Shown: positions 20,157 through 30,732, numbered from the stretch's first letter. The stretch is DNA of 64,000 nucleotides from an uncultured delta proteobacterium (GCA_963727625.1 CAVSHR010000003.1:1-64000); one strand, 5' to 3'. A program made the numbers and translations. Notes: generated by a model not told the origin, from the sequence alone.

Positions 20157-21044
20157 ATGTTTGAAAAACTTCTTGCGTATCGCGGTGTAGGGTCAAATTT
20201 ATTCTGGATAACTGCGGGAATTTCGCTCGTTATTGTTATCGGATCGGTAGATTTGTTGACCGGCTACGAGGCGAGCTTTTCCATTTTTTATATCTTGCCG
20301 ATTGCCACTGTCAGCTGGTTTTCCAATAAGCGCGTCGGGTACTGGTTTTGCGGGCTCTGTGCGATCGTCTGGCTGCTGGCAGATTTGGGTTCGGGGCATG
20401 TGTATTCCAATCCTCTTATACCCTATTGGAACACCAGCGTGAGGTTGGGTTTTTTCCTTATCATTGCGGTAACCTTGTCGGAGCTCAGAGTGCGCATAGA
20501 TCGTGAGGTAGAGCTTGCCAGGCGGGATTTTGTTACGGGTCTAGCGAATCGACGATACTTTCAGGAGCTTGTCGAGCTCGAACTGTCGCAGAACACGAGC
20601 CCGGATAGGCCGCTCACGCTCGTTTATCTACAGTGGGGCGCACTAACAATGGTCAACGAACAGTTGGGATTTACGATAGGCGACCAAACACTGTCCGAGA
20701 TTGGAGAGATCATCAAACAAAAGGCTAGTCGTCACGATTTAGTTGGCCGCATCGGTTCGGCTCAGTTTGCCATGTGCCTTCCCAACACTGCTCTCGAGTC
20801 GGCACGTCCAATCATCACTGAGGTGGTCAAAGATCTACGTCTCTTTGAAAAACAACGTGGTCGGGGGGCAAATTTTTGGGTTGCCGTTCTGACATGTATT
20901 TCTCAGCCGGAGCACGTTGAGGCTCTTTTTGAGGAGGTTGAAAATTTGTTACAAACGGCCAAAAAAAGCGACATGGGTGAGCCAAAGTTTGAACTTGTCA
21001 ACGGCGCCTCTCTGGGTCGGCGCATCACCCGAAGGATTGACTAG
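20157..21044 (+). CDS. Membrane protein with degenerate GGDEF domain
   Basis: About 4 TM N-terminus; 'D..TGLANRR', 'VNEQLGF..GD', 'GRIGSAQF' in place of GGDEF. Confidence 0.75.
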   Translation: MFEKLLAYRGVGSNLFWITAGISLVIVIGSVDLLTGYEASFSIFYILPIATVSWFSNKRVGYWFCGLCAIVWLLADLGSGHVYSNPLIPYWNTSVRLGFFLIIAVTLSELRVRIDREVELARRDFVTGLANRRYFQELVELELSQNTSPDRPLTLVYLQWGALTMVNEQLGFTIGDQTLSEIGEIIKQKASRHDLVGRIGSAQFAMCLPNTALESARPIITEVVKDLRLFEKQRGRGANFWVAVLTCISQPEHVEALFEEVENLLQTAKKSDMGEPKFELVNGASLGRRITRRID

Positions 21045-21577
21045 AGGGGGAGAGGGAGGACAGGTGTTCATATTGACTTGTTGAAGTGGAGTGTCGTAGA
21101 AGGGCTGCGATGGCGCGAAAACCAACCTGTCCGTGTGCATCCGGACCTCCTGCGAGTGAGTTCCCCGCACGGTGGCAGAAGGTTGGTTCTAAATTCAAAT
21201 CGAGACCACGCCAAATCATGAGTTATCTATTTCAAATCAAGCAATTACTGATTTCTGATCGCTCAACGTCCGGACAGTAGTGTAGCCAATTATATGTCTA
21301 TTGAGGGTGCTAAAGTGTTTACCCTCGAACACGCGGCGTTTGCCAATCATTTCCCACGCTGGTTTGCCAACGTCGTTGCGCGGTGCCCCCACATCGATGC
21401 AAGGGCATACATGACTGAAAATATGTACGTGGAAGAAGTCGTCGATCCAACGGTAAAGACCCCTCTTTACGAAAGCCTCGTCTCCGGTAATTGACAACAC
21501 CCTTCGCCGTGATATTTCTGCGTGCAAGGTATCGGAGAAATGAGGTCAAGCAAAACGATAAAAAAGGGTTTCAGCCA

Positions 21578-22660
21578 ATGAACGAAGAGCGATATGTTTA
21601 CTTCATCGACAACACCTTGCAGCACGAGGTGCTCGATGCAAAAGCCTGCATCGAGGCCATCGAGAAGGGGTACCGTGCTTGGGGCAAGCAAGATGCCGCG
21701 ATTAATCCAAAGACAGAGCTGCACGTCTATAGCGATAACGGCTACTATAATTTCGGTCTGATCCACGGTGCGGTTGCCCCCATGGGTATCGCCGCTCTGC
21801 GCATCAAGTCGGACTTCCACACCCAGACTGGGCCCGTTTCCTATGGCGACAAACATGCCGGCATCGAGGGACAGTTCTGCGGCCTGGTGCTGCTGTTCAA
21901 CACCACCAACGGGCTCCCGCTGGCTATCCTCAATGATGGTCACATCCAGCATATGCGGGTCGCCGCGGCGGCAGCGGTGGCGGCGAAGTACCTGGCGCGG
22001 GAGGATTCCGAAAAGCTCTGCATCCTCGGCTCGGGTGGCATGGCGCGGTTTCATGCGAAGGCGCTTTGCGCGGTACGCCCGATCAAGACCATCGACGTGT
22101 ACAGTCCAAATAAAGAGCACCGCGAGAACTTCGCAGAGGAGATCGGTGCTTCCCTGAAGGTCGAGGTCCGAGTCCGGGAGCGTCCGGAGGATGCAGTGAA
22201 CGGCTGCGACATCGTGGCGTGCTGCACTAACGCCAGGCGTCAGGCAGTGTTTTTGGCCGATTGGATTGAACCCGGCATGCACATCACGACGGTGCATGGC
22301 GAGGAACTGGATCCCGCTGCTGCGCAGTTGATTAATCATTCGGTGAAGAACCAGCCGCTGCATGACCCACAAAGCCGTTTCTCGGTGGCGGGCAAACCAC
22401 CGCAAGGAGTTGTGCCAAGGCCCCAGGGCTGGGATCCGCCTGCGGTCACCGATGAGATGCCGCTCTTATCGGACGTGATCCTTGGCAGCGTGCCCGGCCG
22501 CACCGCTCGCGGCCAGGTCACCTACTTCAGCAACAACGAGGGGACAGGCATTCAGTTCGCCTCCGCGGGTGCAGCAATCCTGGAACGCCTTTCGCAACGC
22601 AACTTCATCGGTGTTCCGAAGGTTCCTCTTGCCTGGTTCCTCCAGGACATACGGGACTAG
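21578..22660 (+). CDS. Ornithine cyclodeaminase/mu-crystallin family protein
   Basis: 'G.PLAI.NDG..Q.MRV', 'LGSGGMA', 'YSP', 'GCDIVACCT', 'GTGIQF'. Confidence 0.88.
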   Translation: MNEERYVYFIDNTLQHEVLDAKACIEAIEKGYRAWGKQDAAINPKTELHVYSDNGYYNFGLIHGAVAPMGIAALRIKSDFHTQTGPVSYGDKHAGIEGQFCGLVLLFNTTNGLPLAILNDGHIQHMRVAAAAAVAAKYLAREDSEKLCILGSGGMARFHAKALCAVRPIKTIDVYSPNKEHRENFAEEIGASLKVEVRVRERPEDAVNGCDIVACCTNARRQAVFLADWIEPGMHITTVHGEELDPAAAQLINHSVKNQPLHDPQSRFSVAGKPPQGVVPRPQGWDPPAVTDEMPLLSDVILGSVPGRTARGQVTYFSNNEGTGIQFASAGAAILERLSQRNFIGVPKVPLAWFLQDIRD

Positions 22661-22669
22661 CTACTGCAA

Positions 22670-23025
22670 CTAGTGACCTGTCCCTGAAGTTCGCTGACAA
22701 AATTGTGCGACGCTAGCAAGGATTTCATCAGCGGTTTTAGTCCAGACAAAGGGTTTGGGGTTTTCGTTAGTTAACATGATGTATTGTTTTATGGCCTTCC
22801 CTAAAGCAGGAGTGCTACGGTGAACCCCGCGTTTGATCTGTTGTTCGGTGAGCATAGCAAACCAGCGCTCGACCAGATTGAGCCAGGAGCCGCTAGTGGG
22901 AGTGAAGTGCAGATGAAAACGCGGACGCTTGGCCAGCCAGCGGTGAATCAGCGCCGTTTTGTGAGTTCCATAGTTGTCTAGAATCAGATGGACTTCAAGA
23001 TGAGTAGGGACCTGCGTATCAATGG
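22670..23025 (-). pseudogene. IS630-family transposase C-terminal remnant
   Basis: 'VHLILDNYGTHK...RPRFHLHFTPTSGSWLNLVERWF...PKPFVWTKTADEIL...GH*' ending in CTAG. Confidence 0.9.
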
Positions 23026-23262
23026 CTAGGGTTCAAGTCCATCCGCTCCAACCTGGCCGAATGACCAGTCATTTAACGGGCCCAGCGCCTAGCGCTAGCC
23101 GTTATCCTTCAATTCTTTTGGCACGGGCGAGCCTCAATTGTTTCCAAAATGTTTCCACACCAACTCATTTGAGCCATAAGAACGGATCAGTTCCCCACTC
23201 ATTTCTCTTGTTTTTGCTTCGTTTTTTCTGGTTCAGTGGTGTTCGCAGGCGTACTAGTGTTT

Positions 23263-23307
23263 TTCGTAATCAGTAGGTCGCCGGTTCGACTCCGGCGGGT
23301 GGCTCCA
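23263..23307 (+). other. Displaced 3' half of tRNA-Thr(CGT); probable attR of an integrated element
   Basis: TTCGTAATCAGTAGGTCGCCGGTTCGACTCCGGCGGGTGGCTCCA = anticodon loop, T-arm (GGTTCGACTCC) and acceptor 3' strand with CCA; no D-arm or 5' half upstream. Confidence 0.85.
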
Positions 23308-23477
23308 GTTTTCTAGCTCTTAAGTCGTGGTTAGTTCGATTCGAGACCGATTTGAAATCGTATTTGACAAGCGCTTGCCAGAACTGTTAACAAGGCGGTG
23401 ATTGCAAAATATTGCCGCGCCCGCCCAAGGCGCATCGAAACAAGAACAACTACAAAAATGCAGGGAGGGTTCCGATT

Positions 23478-24440
23478 ATGATAACCGCCAGCGAGCTAAA
23501 AGGAGTCTTGGGAATGATGCCTGCGTTTGCCACACCGGATGCGGTGGACGTTAAGGCGACGCAAACCATCGCCGTCGACAACCTCAAAGAAGGCGTCGAC
23601 AAAATTATCAAAGACGGCATCAATAATATTGCCACCACCGGCACTTACGGCGAATGCTACAATTTGCTTTTCGATGAGTTCAAAACGTTGGCGGTGGCGA
23701 CTGTCGAAACCGTGAAAAAGCGCGTGCCGCTGTTTATCGGCTGCACCAGCCCTAACCCCCGCGAAGTGATCCAGAAAATGAACTTCGTCAAGGACCTCGG
23801 CGCGGACGGAGTGTTGTTGGGCGTGCCCTACTACGAGACCCTTCACGTGCAGGACGCAATCAAATTTTATCACGAGATCGCGGATCTATTTCCAACCTTG
23901 AGCATATTGATTTACCACAATCCCGATAATCACAAGTTCACGATTCCAGTCGCAGCATTTAAAGAACTGGTTAAGAAACCGAACATCGTCGGTATGAAGG
24001 ACAGCCATCGCACGACCCAGGCGTTTATGAATTTGCAAAAAATCGTGCGCAGTAAGATCAGCGTCTTCGTTAACCAGACCCAGCTGTATCCTTACTATGA
24101 GATGGGCGCTGCGGGTTGCTGGTCAACCGAGGTTTGGATGGGACCCTGGCCGATCCTGTACTTGGTCGACCTTATGAAACGCGGCGAGACTCAGAAAGCC
24201 ATCGAAGTGATCGACGACATCATCGGTGACGGCAGCGGCGGCAAACCGGTGCCGGGCGCGGGTAACAAGCGACCGGCCGAATTCGCAGATTATTGCAAGG
24301 TCGGCCCAACCCGGGTTCCGTTCGTCACTTTCCCTGAAGCTGAGCTTGCGAAAGCGAAACGACGCGCCGCCCATTGGATGAAGCTCAATGAAAAGTACCG
24401 GCCCTTGGTAGAGGCGGCACGTTCGCGACCGGCCGCATAG
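23478..24440 (+). CDS. DHDPS/NAL-family aldolase, NahE (hydratase-aldolase)-like
   Basis: 'GTYGEC', 'GADGVLLGVP', 'IYHNP', Schiff-base 'VGMKDS'. Confidence 0.82.
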   Translation: MITASELKGVLGMMPAFATPDAVDVKATQTIAVDNLKEGVDKIIKDGINNIATTGTYGECYNLLFDEFKTLAVATVETVKKRVPLFIGCTSPNPREVIQKMNFVKDLGADGVLLGVPYYETLHVQDAIKFYHEIADLFPTLSILIYHNPDNHKFTIPVAAFKELVKKPNIVGMKDSHRTTQAFMNLQKIVRSKISVFVNQTQLYPYYEMGAAGCWSTEVWMGPWPILYLVDLMKRGETQKAIEVIDDIIGDGSGGKPVPGAGNKRPAEFADYCKVGPTRVPFVTFPEAELAKAKRRAAHWMKLNEKYRPLVEAARSRPAA

Positions 24441-24460
24441 CGCTTGCACAGGTATTGACC

Positions 24461-24507
24461 AAAGGCAAAAAGGCCCCCGGCGAGTGCCGGGAGCCTTTTT
24501 GCCTTTT
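24461..24507 (+). terminator. Intrinsic terminator
   Basis: AAAGGCAAAAAGGC.CCCGGC...GCCGGG.GCCTTTTTGCCTTTT. Confidence 0.85.
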
Positions 24508-24693
24508 AGCCCCGCAGCCTGTTCGAGTCGGACCCGCCGCGCCTCCTATTTAGAGTTTGTCTTTCGCCGTCAAGAAACTTTGCGCTCGTGGCGAATAATT
24601 CCGTTTTTCGATGAAACGAAAACCTTCTTGCCAAAACTCTGCCTTCACCTTATCATATCAGCTGGTTTGAGCTTTTCGGGCCAGGAGGTATGG

Positions 24694-25122
24694 ATGGGTT
24701 TTTACGCGGAACCGTGGTTGCGCGAGGCGCGCGACAGGATCAACTCTCTTCCCAACGAGCCCGGCGGCGAAAACGCCGGTCAGGCAGAGTTTGATAAGTT
24801 AGCGGAGGCGGTTGACAAGGCGATCAAAGCTGCGTTGATCGAAAACCACGGCAGTCTACCCCATCAGCTCGATAATGGACAGCTGGTGGCAATTTGTGAA
24901 GCCACCGGCGTGTGGGACATTCTGCCGCCGGCGCTAAAATGCTTGGTTCAGGAAGTCGAGTCTTATCGATCGAGCAAAACAACCTCCCCCGAACCCGCCT
25001 CCGACAGATCGTCGTCCCAGCAACTGCAAAGATATTTTTTTGTGGCTCGAAGACTGATCGACTATATGGAGTTTCACGTTATCGGCAACGATTCGGTCTT
25101 AAAGCGCCTTAAAGTTGCCTAA
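24694..25122 (+). CDS. Hypothetical protein
   Basis: AGGAGG RBS before ATG 24694; 142 aa, helical-looking, no recognised motif. Confidence 0.6.
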   Translation: MGFYAEPWLREARDRINSLPNEPGGENAGQAEFDKLAEAVDKAIKAALIENHGSLPHQLDNGQLVAICEATGVWDILPPALKCLVQEVESYRSSKTTSPEPASDRSSSQQLQRYFFVARRLIDYMEFHVIGNDSVLKRLKVA

Positions 25123-25334
25123 ACGGCCTTAAATCCACCCCCGGAAGACTTCACATCCGCTCGTGCATGCTGTCAAGATTTAGTCAGACACAGGGTATGT
25201 CAGGTCAATAAAAATCTACGCGAACTGGCTTTAGGCGATCAAAAGCAAAACGACCGTCAACGAAGCTACGCCTACGAGCCGTTTCACCTCACGACCGGCG
25301 ATTGCCACTTGTTCGTCAAACTCCTGGGGGCCGG

Positions 25335-25520
25335 TCAAGCGCCCAAAAATACGAAGAGAACGGCTGCGATAACTATGGACGCGCAGAATACTCCGATGCC
25401 CGCGATCACCAGACCCTGATGGGTGGTCTGTTTCGCCGTAGGTGGAACATCGGGGATAAGAATTTTTCGCGACTTGGTAAACAGCGCCATGGGGGAGTTA
25501 CCGAGCATCTTTGATGCCAA
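25335..25520 (-). CDS. Small single-TM membrane protein
   Basis: 61 aa with C-terminal hydrophobic helix. Confidence 0.4.
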   Translation of the reverse strand: MASKMLGNSPMALFTKSRKILIPDVPPTAKQTTHQGLVIAGIGVFCASIVIAAVLFVFLGA

Positions 25521-25711
25521 GCCAACACCAGTTCAAGGCGCGGAAGCAATTGTCGACTTAAGGAAAATATTGGGCAAATATTGGCTGATAAAAACTAACA
25601 GATAGCGGGGCGTATTAGCCTGCTTCTTTACCCTTAGTATCGGACGTGACAGTATTGCCTGGTGATTACAAACAAGAGGATTTCCCGTCGTCGATGGAAA
25701 TTTTGCGCGCT

Positions 25712-26131
25712 TTACTTTTTTACCTTTTCTTCGCGAACGTCGGCTGACTTGATCCAGCCGATCAGCCCCTTTTGCGTCTTGACCATATACCACTCGCTCC
25801 CACCAGCGGTTTGAACCATTGGGACAAGGCTTTCACCTTGCGGCAATTGTGCGATCTTCTCCGATTCGTCATCCTGCCGCGGAAAAAGAGCGGCGCTCTT
25901 TGCGGCGACCACCAAACGAGTCGGCAAGGCGCGCCCGCCGACATCGCCGACACCGCCGCTACCGACGTTGCCCTGCGTGATCCCGCCGGACGACCGCGAG
26001 CCGGTAATGCCCCGTCCATGCGGAACGCTCCCAACCGCTCTACCGTATTCGCCAAAGGCTTGAGCAAGCGCCGCCGTGGCGGAAAATAAAATCACCAGAG
26101 CGCATAAACCAAAGATCCATTGGACTTTCAT
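25712..26131 (-). CDS. Secreted SH3-like domain protein
   Basis: Signal peptide, Gly-rich linker, 'IAQLPQGE...WYMVKT..G.IGWI'. Confidence 0.7.
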   Translation of the reverse strand: MKVQWIFGLCALVILFSATAALAQAFGEYGRAVGSVPHGRGITGSRSSGGITQGNVGSGGVGDVGGRALPTRLVVAAKSAALFPRQDDESEKIAQLPQGESLVPMVQTAGGSEWYMVKTQKGLIGWIKSADVREEKVKK

Positions 26132-26413
26132 CGATTGGGTCTCCCTCTTGATGAATATTCTAGCCGATCGCCCTATCGCTTCATAGGCCGCCATATTTCG
26201 TGCATCTCGATCCTCGCCGCTTGGTACTTTGTGTCGTTGCATAGGGTTGCTTTGGGAACTTAGCGAGTTTTGCCAAGCTTTTAGCTTCCTGGCAATGTAC
26301 AGCATGCCGCCGATCGACGGTAGGATTAAGCCATAACTTAATCGCGACAAACCGCGATAAGCAAGCGCAACGGATGAGTTAAGAAGCGGGAGTGCGGCAA
26401 TTTGTACACTCGC

Positions 26414-28156
26414 TTAATTACTGTCGTGTTCGTCAACCTTGTATACCCGTATAGAGTGATTGATCACCGCGATTGGGTCGCGATTGCGAAAACGCGCGTA
26501 ACGATCGGGACGATCGAGATAGAGACCCGCCAAAAAAGTCTCGCTGATCGCCACGTACGGAGGAAAATTAGCTACATCTTCGAGATAAGGTTCAGTGTGG
26601 TAGACGCTTCCCGGGAGATATACAGCTTCGATTTTATAATACGCAGGGTCAGCCGTGCCGAAATAGGCGAGCTGGATTTTATCGACTTGGTTCAGGGTCA
26701 TCCATTTTTTCAAGGCCTTCAGGTCCTGGCCCCAGTCAAGACTGGAATCGACTAGATACAAGTGACCTTTCGACGGACCTCCGACAAGTTCATTGAAGTA
26801 AGCAAGATAATTCGGGTAGGCCCAGAGCGTAGATCCGCAGAGCCAAACCCCTAAGAGTAACATAACCGTTCTAGTCGTACGCAGACCCGACCTCCACATT
26901 GCGCTGACTGTGCCGCCGAGCCAAACGAATAGAAACGGGTAGATTGGCATGATATGACGCCAACCCACGTTCAAGCGTGACCACACGGCAAATAGAAAAA
27001 AGAGTAGCGCCGGAGCTAAGAGGAAAAAAGCTTCGCTTCCTTTGGGTCGATGGAAAATTGTGTAGATTACCGCCGCTACGATCAGCAACAAGGTCGGCAC
27101 CGGAGTTTTCACCAGGAAAGCCACCGGGAAATACAGCCAAAAACCGGTCTGGGAGATATCTCCGAGAAGATAGCTGGTTCTTTCCATATTGAGGTAAACA
27201 TCCGCTAAGCCATAGACGAGAGCTTCGGGGAGCAGGTAATAATCCCGGCAGAGTTGAATAAGCCGGCTCAACCAGGAATTGTCAGGACTCAAGTTGGCGA
27301 CAGGGAGCTCGCCTCGTTGATACGGGATCGCGTCAAAACGAAACTGGTACGCGGCCCAAATTGCCAGGTATCCCAGCAAGACCGAGAATAGCAAAATTGT
27401 GCCCACCAGAGCTGCCTTGCGCCAGCGATTGATGATCACTTGGGGCGTGGTGATCGGTGAATGCAACGCTTCCGGATGAAATATTTTAGCCGCTGCCAGA
27501 ACCAGCCAAATTGGAAGAATCGTAACGAAAGAAAACTTGGTCACGGCCGCAACCGCAAACAACAGGGCGGTTGCCATTAAGTTAAACCATGTCAGTTGCT
27601 TCAAACTTCGCCAGAAGAAGAATGTGGCAGCGAAGAAAACCAGCGCAAACGGAACATCGGTTTGAACGATTGATGAATGGGCGATGATGTTGGGATCAAA
27701 GCAAAACAGCAACAAAGAGACCACTGCGGCTTCAGTCCCGTACAGCTCCCAGGTCCAGCGACCGACGCACAGCGCAAGCACTGCCGCCAGTAGCACCATG
27801 ACCAGGCGAGCATAAAAGAATAAAGTTTCGGCATCGTTATCGGCAAAGACAAAACGATGGGCTAGCACCCAGCCGTAATTCTTATCGCGTTGGACGATGT
27901 AGCGCTCCCCGGGTGTTATTCCGGAAGTATTGAGGTCTAACGCCAGCAGGGGTGCCGCCGCAAGCATTTTGACCAGAGGCGGATGCTCAGGATTGACTCT
28001 GTAGTCGCCCCATTTGAGGTAAGAATAGCCGGCGAAAAGGTGGACAGTCTCGTCGTAGGTCGGCGATTTATGCGCCACGCTGCCAAGGCTCAACGCAATA
28101 AAGATCAGCGGTAAGACAAAATAGACAACGTGTTTGGCGCGGCGGGAAATTTCCAT
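26414..28156 (-). CDS. GT-C glycosyltransferase (ArnT/PMT_2, GT39-like)
   Basis: 'SPTYDE..H', 'EHPPL.K', 'HSSIVQTD', 'DSSLDWGQDL'; multi-TM. Confidence 0.85.
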   Translation of the reverse strand: MEISRRAKHVVYFVLPLIFIALSLGSVAHKSPTYDETVHLFAGYSYLKWGDYRVNPEHPPLVKMLAAAPLLALDLNTSGITPGERYIVQRDKNYGWVLAHRFVFADNDAETLFFYARLVMVLLAAVLALCVGRWTWELYGTEAAVVSLLLFCFDPNIIAHSSIVQTDVPFALVFFAATFFFWRSLKQLTWFNLMATALLFAVAAVTKFSFVTILPIWLVLAAAKIFHPEALHSPITTPQVIINRWRKAALVGTILLFSVLLGYLAIWAAYQFRFDAIPYQRGELPVANLSPDNSWLSRLIQLCRDYYLLPEALVYGLADVYLNMERTSYLLGDISQTGFWLYFPVAFLVKTPVPTLLLIVAAVIYTIFHRPKGSEAFFLLAPALLFFLFAVWSRLNVGWRHIMPIYPFLFVWLGGTVSAMWRSGLRTTRTVMLLLGVWLCGSTLWAYPNYLAYFNELVGGPSKGHLYLVDSSLDWGQDLKALKKWMTLNQVDKIQLAYFGTADPAYYKIEAVYLPGSVYHTEPYLEDVANFPPYVAISETFLAGLYLDRPDRYARFRNRDPIAVINHSIRVYKVDEHDSN

Positions 28157-28182
28157 ACGCAGGAGGATCTCTGCCGCCGGAC

Positions 28183-30606
28183 TTATTCTTGCTCAACAGC
28201 CTTCGGCTGATGCGAGAGAATTGCCTGCACATCTTGAGCATGGCGCTGGTGCCGAACATAAACTAGAGCGAGCGATATGGCCGTCAATACGAGTAGCGAG
28301 ACTAGCGAAATAGCCATGCCAATCCTGAACGATAAGGGATCATATCTGAATTCGACCCTATGGGATCCCGGCGCTAGCTGGACGCCGCGAAAAAAGTGAT
28401 TTGCGCGAAGAATTTTGCCTTCTCGCCCATCGATAAAGACTCTCCATCCAGGATAATAGGAGTCGGTGAGCACGAGAATTCCCGAGCCGGCCAGCGTGCT
28501 TTCTATGACGACATCGCTATTTGCATAGTGAACAATTTTCGTTTCGGCGGCAGACGCCTTGTTGGCCTCGATGGTGATCGATTCATCGACCAAGACCGCG
28601 TGGCGCGGATCAAATTTCACGCTGGATAATAATCTCAGCGTCTTGGCGACCTGCGGCTCATATACCGCTTGCGAGACGACGTATACCCGCGGCACCGGAT
28701 TTTCGATCTCATAAAGCCAAGAAAAGTGTTTCGGAAATTGCTTGACTAGCCGCATCCCTGGGAGATCGAGAGGCTGGAAGGCGATCACATAGCGAATGTT
28801 GAGCGCGCGCAAGAAAGGCACGCGTTTTTCAGGCGGCAAAAGATTGGCAAAAGCGAGGAAGTCATTATAGGGCTGACGGGTCAGCGCATCGATCTCCTGA
28901 AAGTATTCAAAACCGTATAAGATGCCGGCGTTAGGGAGTAAATTTTCAAACGACAAGGCGGCAGCTTTTGGATAGGACGGCCAGCCCATAACCGTCAGCG
29001 TGCTCGGATGCAAGTTTTTACCGGCCGGATAGTAAAAGAGGCGGCCGTTTTCTCTCGCGGCATCCGGCAATACCCGGTCGCTCTTGGTCACGATCGCGGG
29101 ATCGAGCAAAAACTGCAGCGGTTTATGCGCCGTACCGAGATCGAAGAGCACGATTAAGATCAGGAAGGCATGTTGAAGGCCTGCTCTCAGAAATGCTTTT
29201 GACGCGCAAAAATAAACCAGCAACAGAGCGACGGTAATACCGATCTGCCGCTCCAAGGTGACAAAGATAGACGCCACGGTTGTCGCGCCGGTGCCGTTTG
29301 CCGCCTGGCCGCTCGACAAGTGAATTAATAAAGCCGACAGCCGCTCGGTATGCAGACGGGAGTCTATATAAACGCCAACCAACCCGATGAGTAGAGAAAG
29401 GAGCATGATAACCGGGAATTTCTGCGATGAATCTCTTGAGTGGTGAAGCGCAATCAAGCCCTGCACAACTACGTAGAAGAGCAAAACGAATGTAATAAAG
29501 AAGAATTTCTCGGGAAATCTTATCGCTCCAAACAGGGGAACTTGCTCGAACAGAAAACCATAGATGGGCGTAAAAGTTCCGAAAGCCACAACTAAGGAAC
29601 CGAACAACAAAGCACCGACCACGGCGCGTTCTTTCCAGGACGAAAAGTATCCCCATGCGCAAATTGCCAACAGTGATAACACACCGAGATAATGGCTAAG
29701 CAGGAACGGAACATCGTGCGCGAAGAAGAGGCGCACTCCGAGTGGCAGCGAGCTATCGGCCTCCTTGTCCGGAGCAATGAGACCGACAAGGCTTGTCGGA
29801 TTTAAAGACCAGTAGGATGCCTCTTGAAAGGGAATTGGCCCGTCCCGTCGGGATTGCTGTAGCAGTTCGGCAGTCGGCAGAAACTGCACCATCCCGAGGG
29901 CAGCAACGACGAGATTCGCGGCTAGCAAAGCCAGCAACAGCCGAGACCAGCGCAAATTGTGATCTTGGATGCTCAGCCGGAATCCATCGATGAGCAGCAG
30001 GCCCATGGAAAAAACATAAATTTCCGGTGATCCCGCCAGCAGCGAACAGAGCAGGACAAAGCTCAAAATCAAGAAAGATTTCCATGATTGCGCTGCAAAA
30101 AAGCGTTCCCCGGCTAGGATTATCCAAGGCAGCCATACGGCACTTTGAAAATGATTGAGCAAATTGGATAGGGAGACCGTAGTGCCGCCAAGTGCAAAAA
30201 CCAGAGCACCGATCAAGGATAGGTGTACGGGGCACCTCCAATGTCGGCAAAGATAATAGGCGCCCGAAGCGGCAATGAAAAAATGTAGAAAGAATGTCCA
30301 ACGAACCGCGTCAAAGAAAGGCAAAAGATAGAACAGCCAGCTCGGTGGGTAAAAAACCGCCGGCTGGAAGGCCGCGAACAGTGGAAAACCAGCCGCCATG
30401 TTGTGGTTCCAAAGTGCTAGTTCTCCTGCTTGAAGGCTTTTAGCTAGGGCGAATTTGATGGGATATGAATAGGTACCGAGATCACGAAAGAACGGTACTT
30501 TCCCCTCGTAGAGCATCCCGTCGCAAAACCAGGCGACCATCCCAGCCAAAATGAACAAGGCTAGGAGGTCGATCCATTGTTCTTTGGCGTTTTCTTTACG
30601 AGACAC
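28183..30606 (-). CDS. YfhO-family GT-C membrane protein
   Basis: 'RD....YP', 'LWN....G.P', 'FYPP', 'RFPEKF', C-terminal 'LTDSYYPGW...IDG...G.HRVEFRY.P'. Confidence 0.85.
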   Translation of the reverse strand: MSRKENAKEQWIDLLALFILAGMVAWFCDGMLYEGKVPFFRDLGTYSYPIKFALAKSLQAGELALWNHNMAAGFPLFAAFQPAVFYPPSWLFYLLPFFDAVRWTFFLHFFIAASGAYYLCRHWRCPVHLSLIGALVFALGGTTVSLSNLLNHFQSAVWLPWIILAGERFFAAQSWKSFLILSFVLLCSLLAGSPEIYVFSMGLLLIDGFRLSIQDHNLRWSRLLLALLAANLVVAALGMVQFLPTAELLQQSRRDGPIPFQEASYWSLNPTSLVGLIAPDKEADSSLPLGVRLFFAHDVPFLLSHYLGVLSLLAICAWGYFSSWKERAVVGALLFGSLVVAFGTFTPIYGFLFEQVPLFGAIRFPEKFFFITFVLLFYVVVQGLIALHHSRDSSQKFPVIMLLSLLIGLVGVYIDSRLHTERLSALLIHLSSGQAANGTGATTVASIFVTLERQIGITVALLLVYFCASKAFLRAGLQHAFLILIVLFDLGTAHKPLQFLLDPAIVTKSDRVLPDAARENGRLFYYPAGKNLHPSTLTVMGWPSYPKAAALSFENLLPNAGILYGFEYFQEIDALTRQPYNDFLAFANLLPPEKRVPFLRALNIRYVIAFQPLDLPGMRLVKQFPKHFSWLYEIENPVPRVYVVSQAVYEPQVAKTLRLLSSVKFDPRHAVLVDESITIEANKASAAETKIVHYANSDVVIESTLAGSGILVLTDSYYPGWRVFIDGREGKILRANHFFRGVQLAPGSHRVEFRYDPLSFRIGMAISLVSLLVLTAISLALVYVRHQRHAQDVQAILSHQPKAVEQE

Positions 30607-30668
30607 GAACGATCAACCCGCGATAAATTCTGATTGAGGAATTAAGAGCGGTTGCGGGGCAAACTAAT

Positions 30669-30701
30669 AAAGGGGTGGTTATAACAACCACCCCTTTTTT
30701 T
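30669..30701. terminator. Terminator after pilA
   Basis: AAAGGGGTGGTT-ataac-AACCACCCCTTT. Confidence 0.8.
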
Positions 30702-30732
30702 AGCCGTGAATCTTAGAGCCTAAAAGAAGCTG

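Noticed and set aside
21237-21549. Short overlapping ORFs before the cyclodeaminase gene
   Set aside because: No recognisable family; probably decayed fragments.
23230-23307. Intact tRNA gene
   Set aside because: 5' acceptor strand and D-arm are absent; treated as an att remnant.
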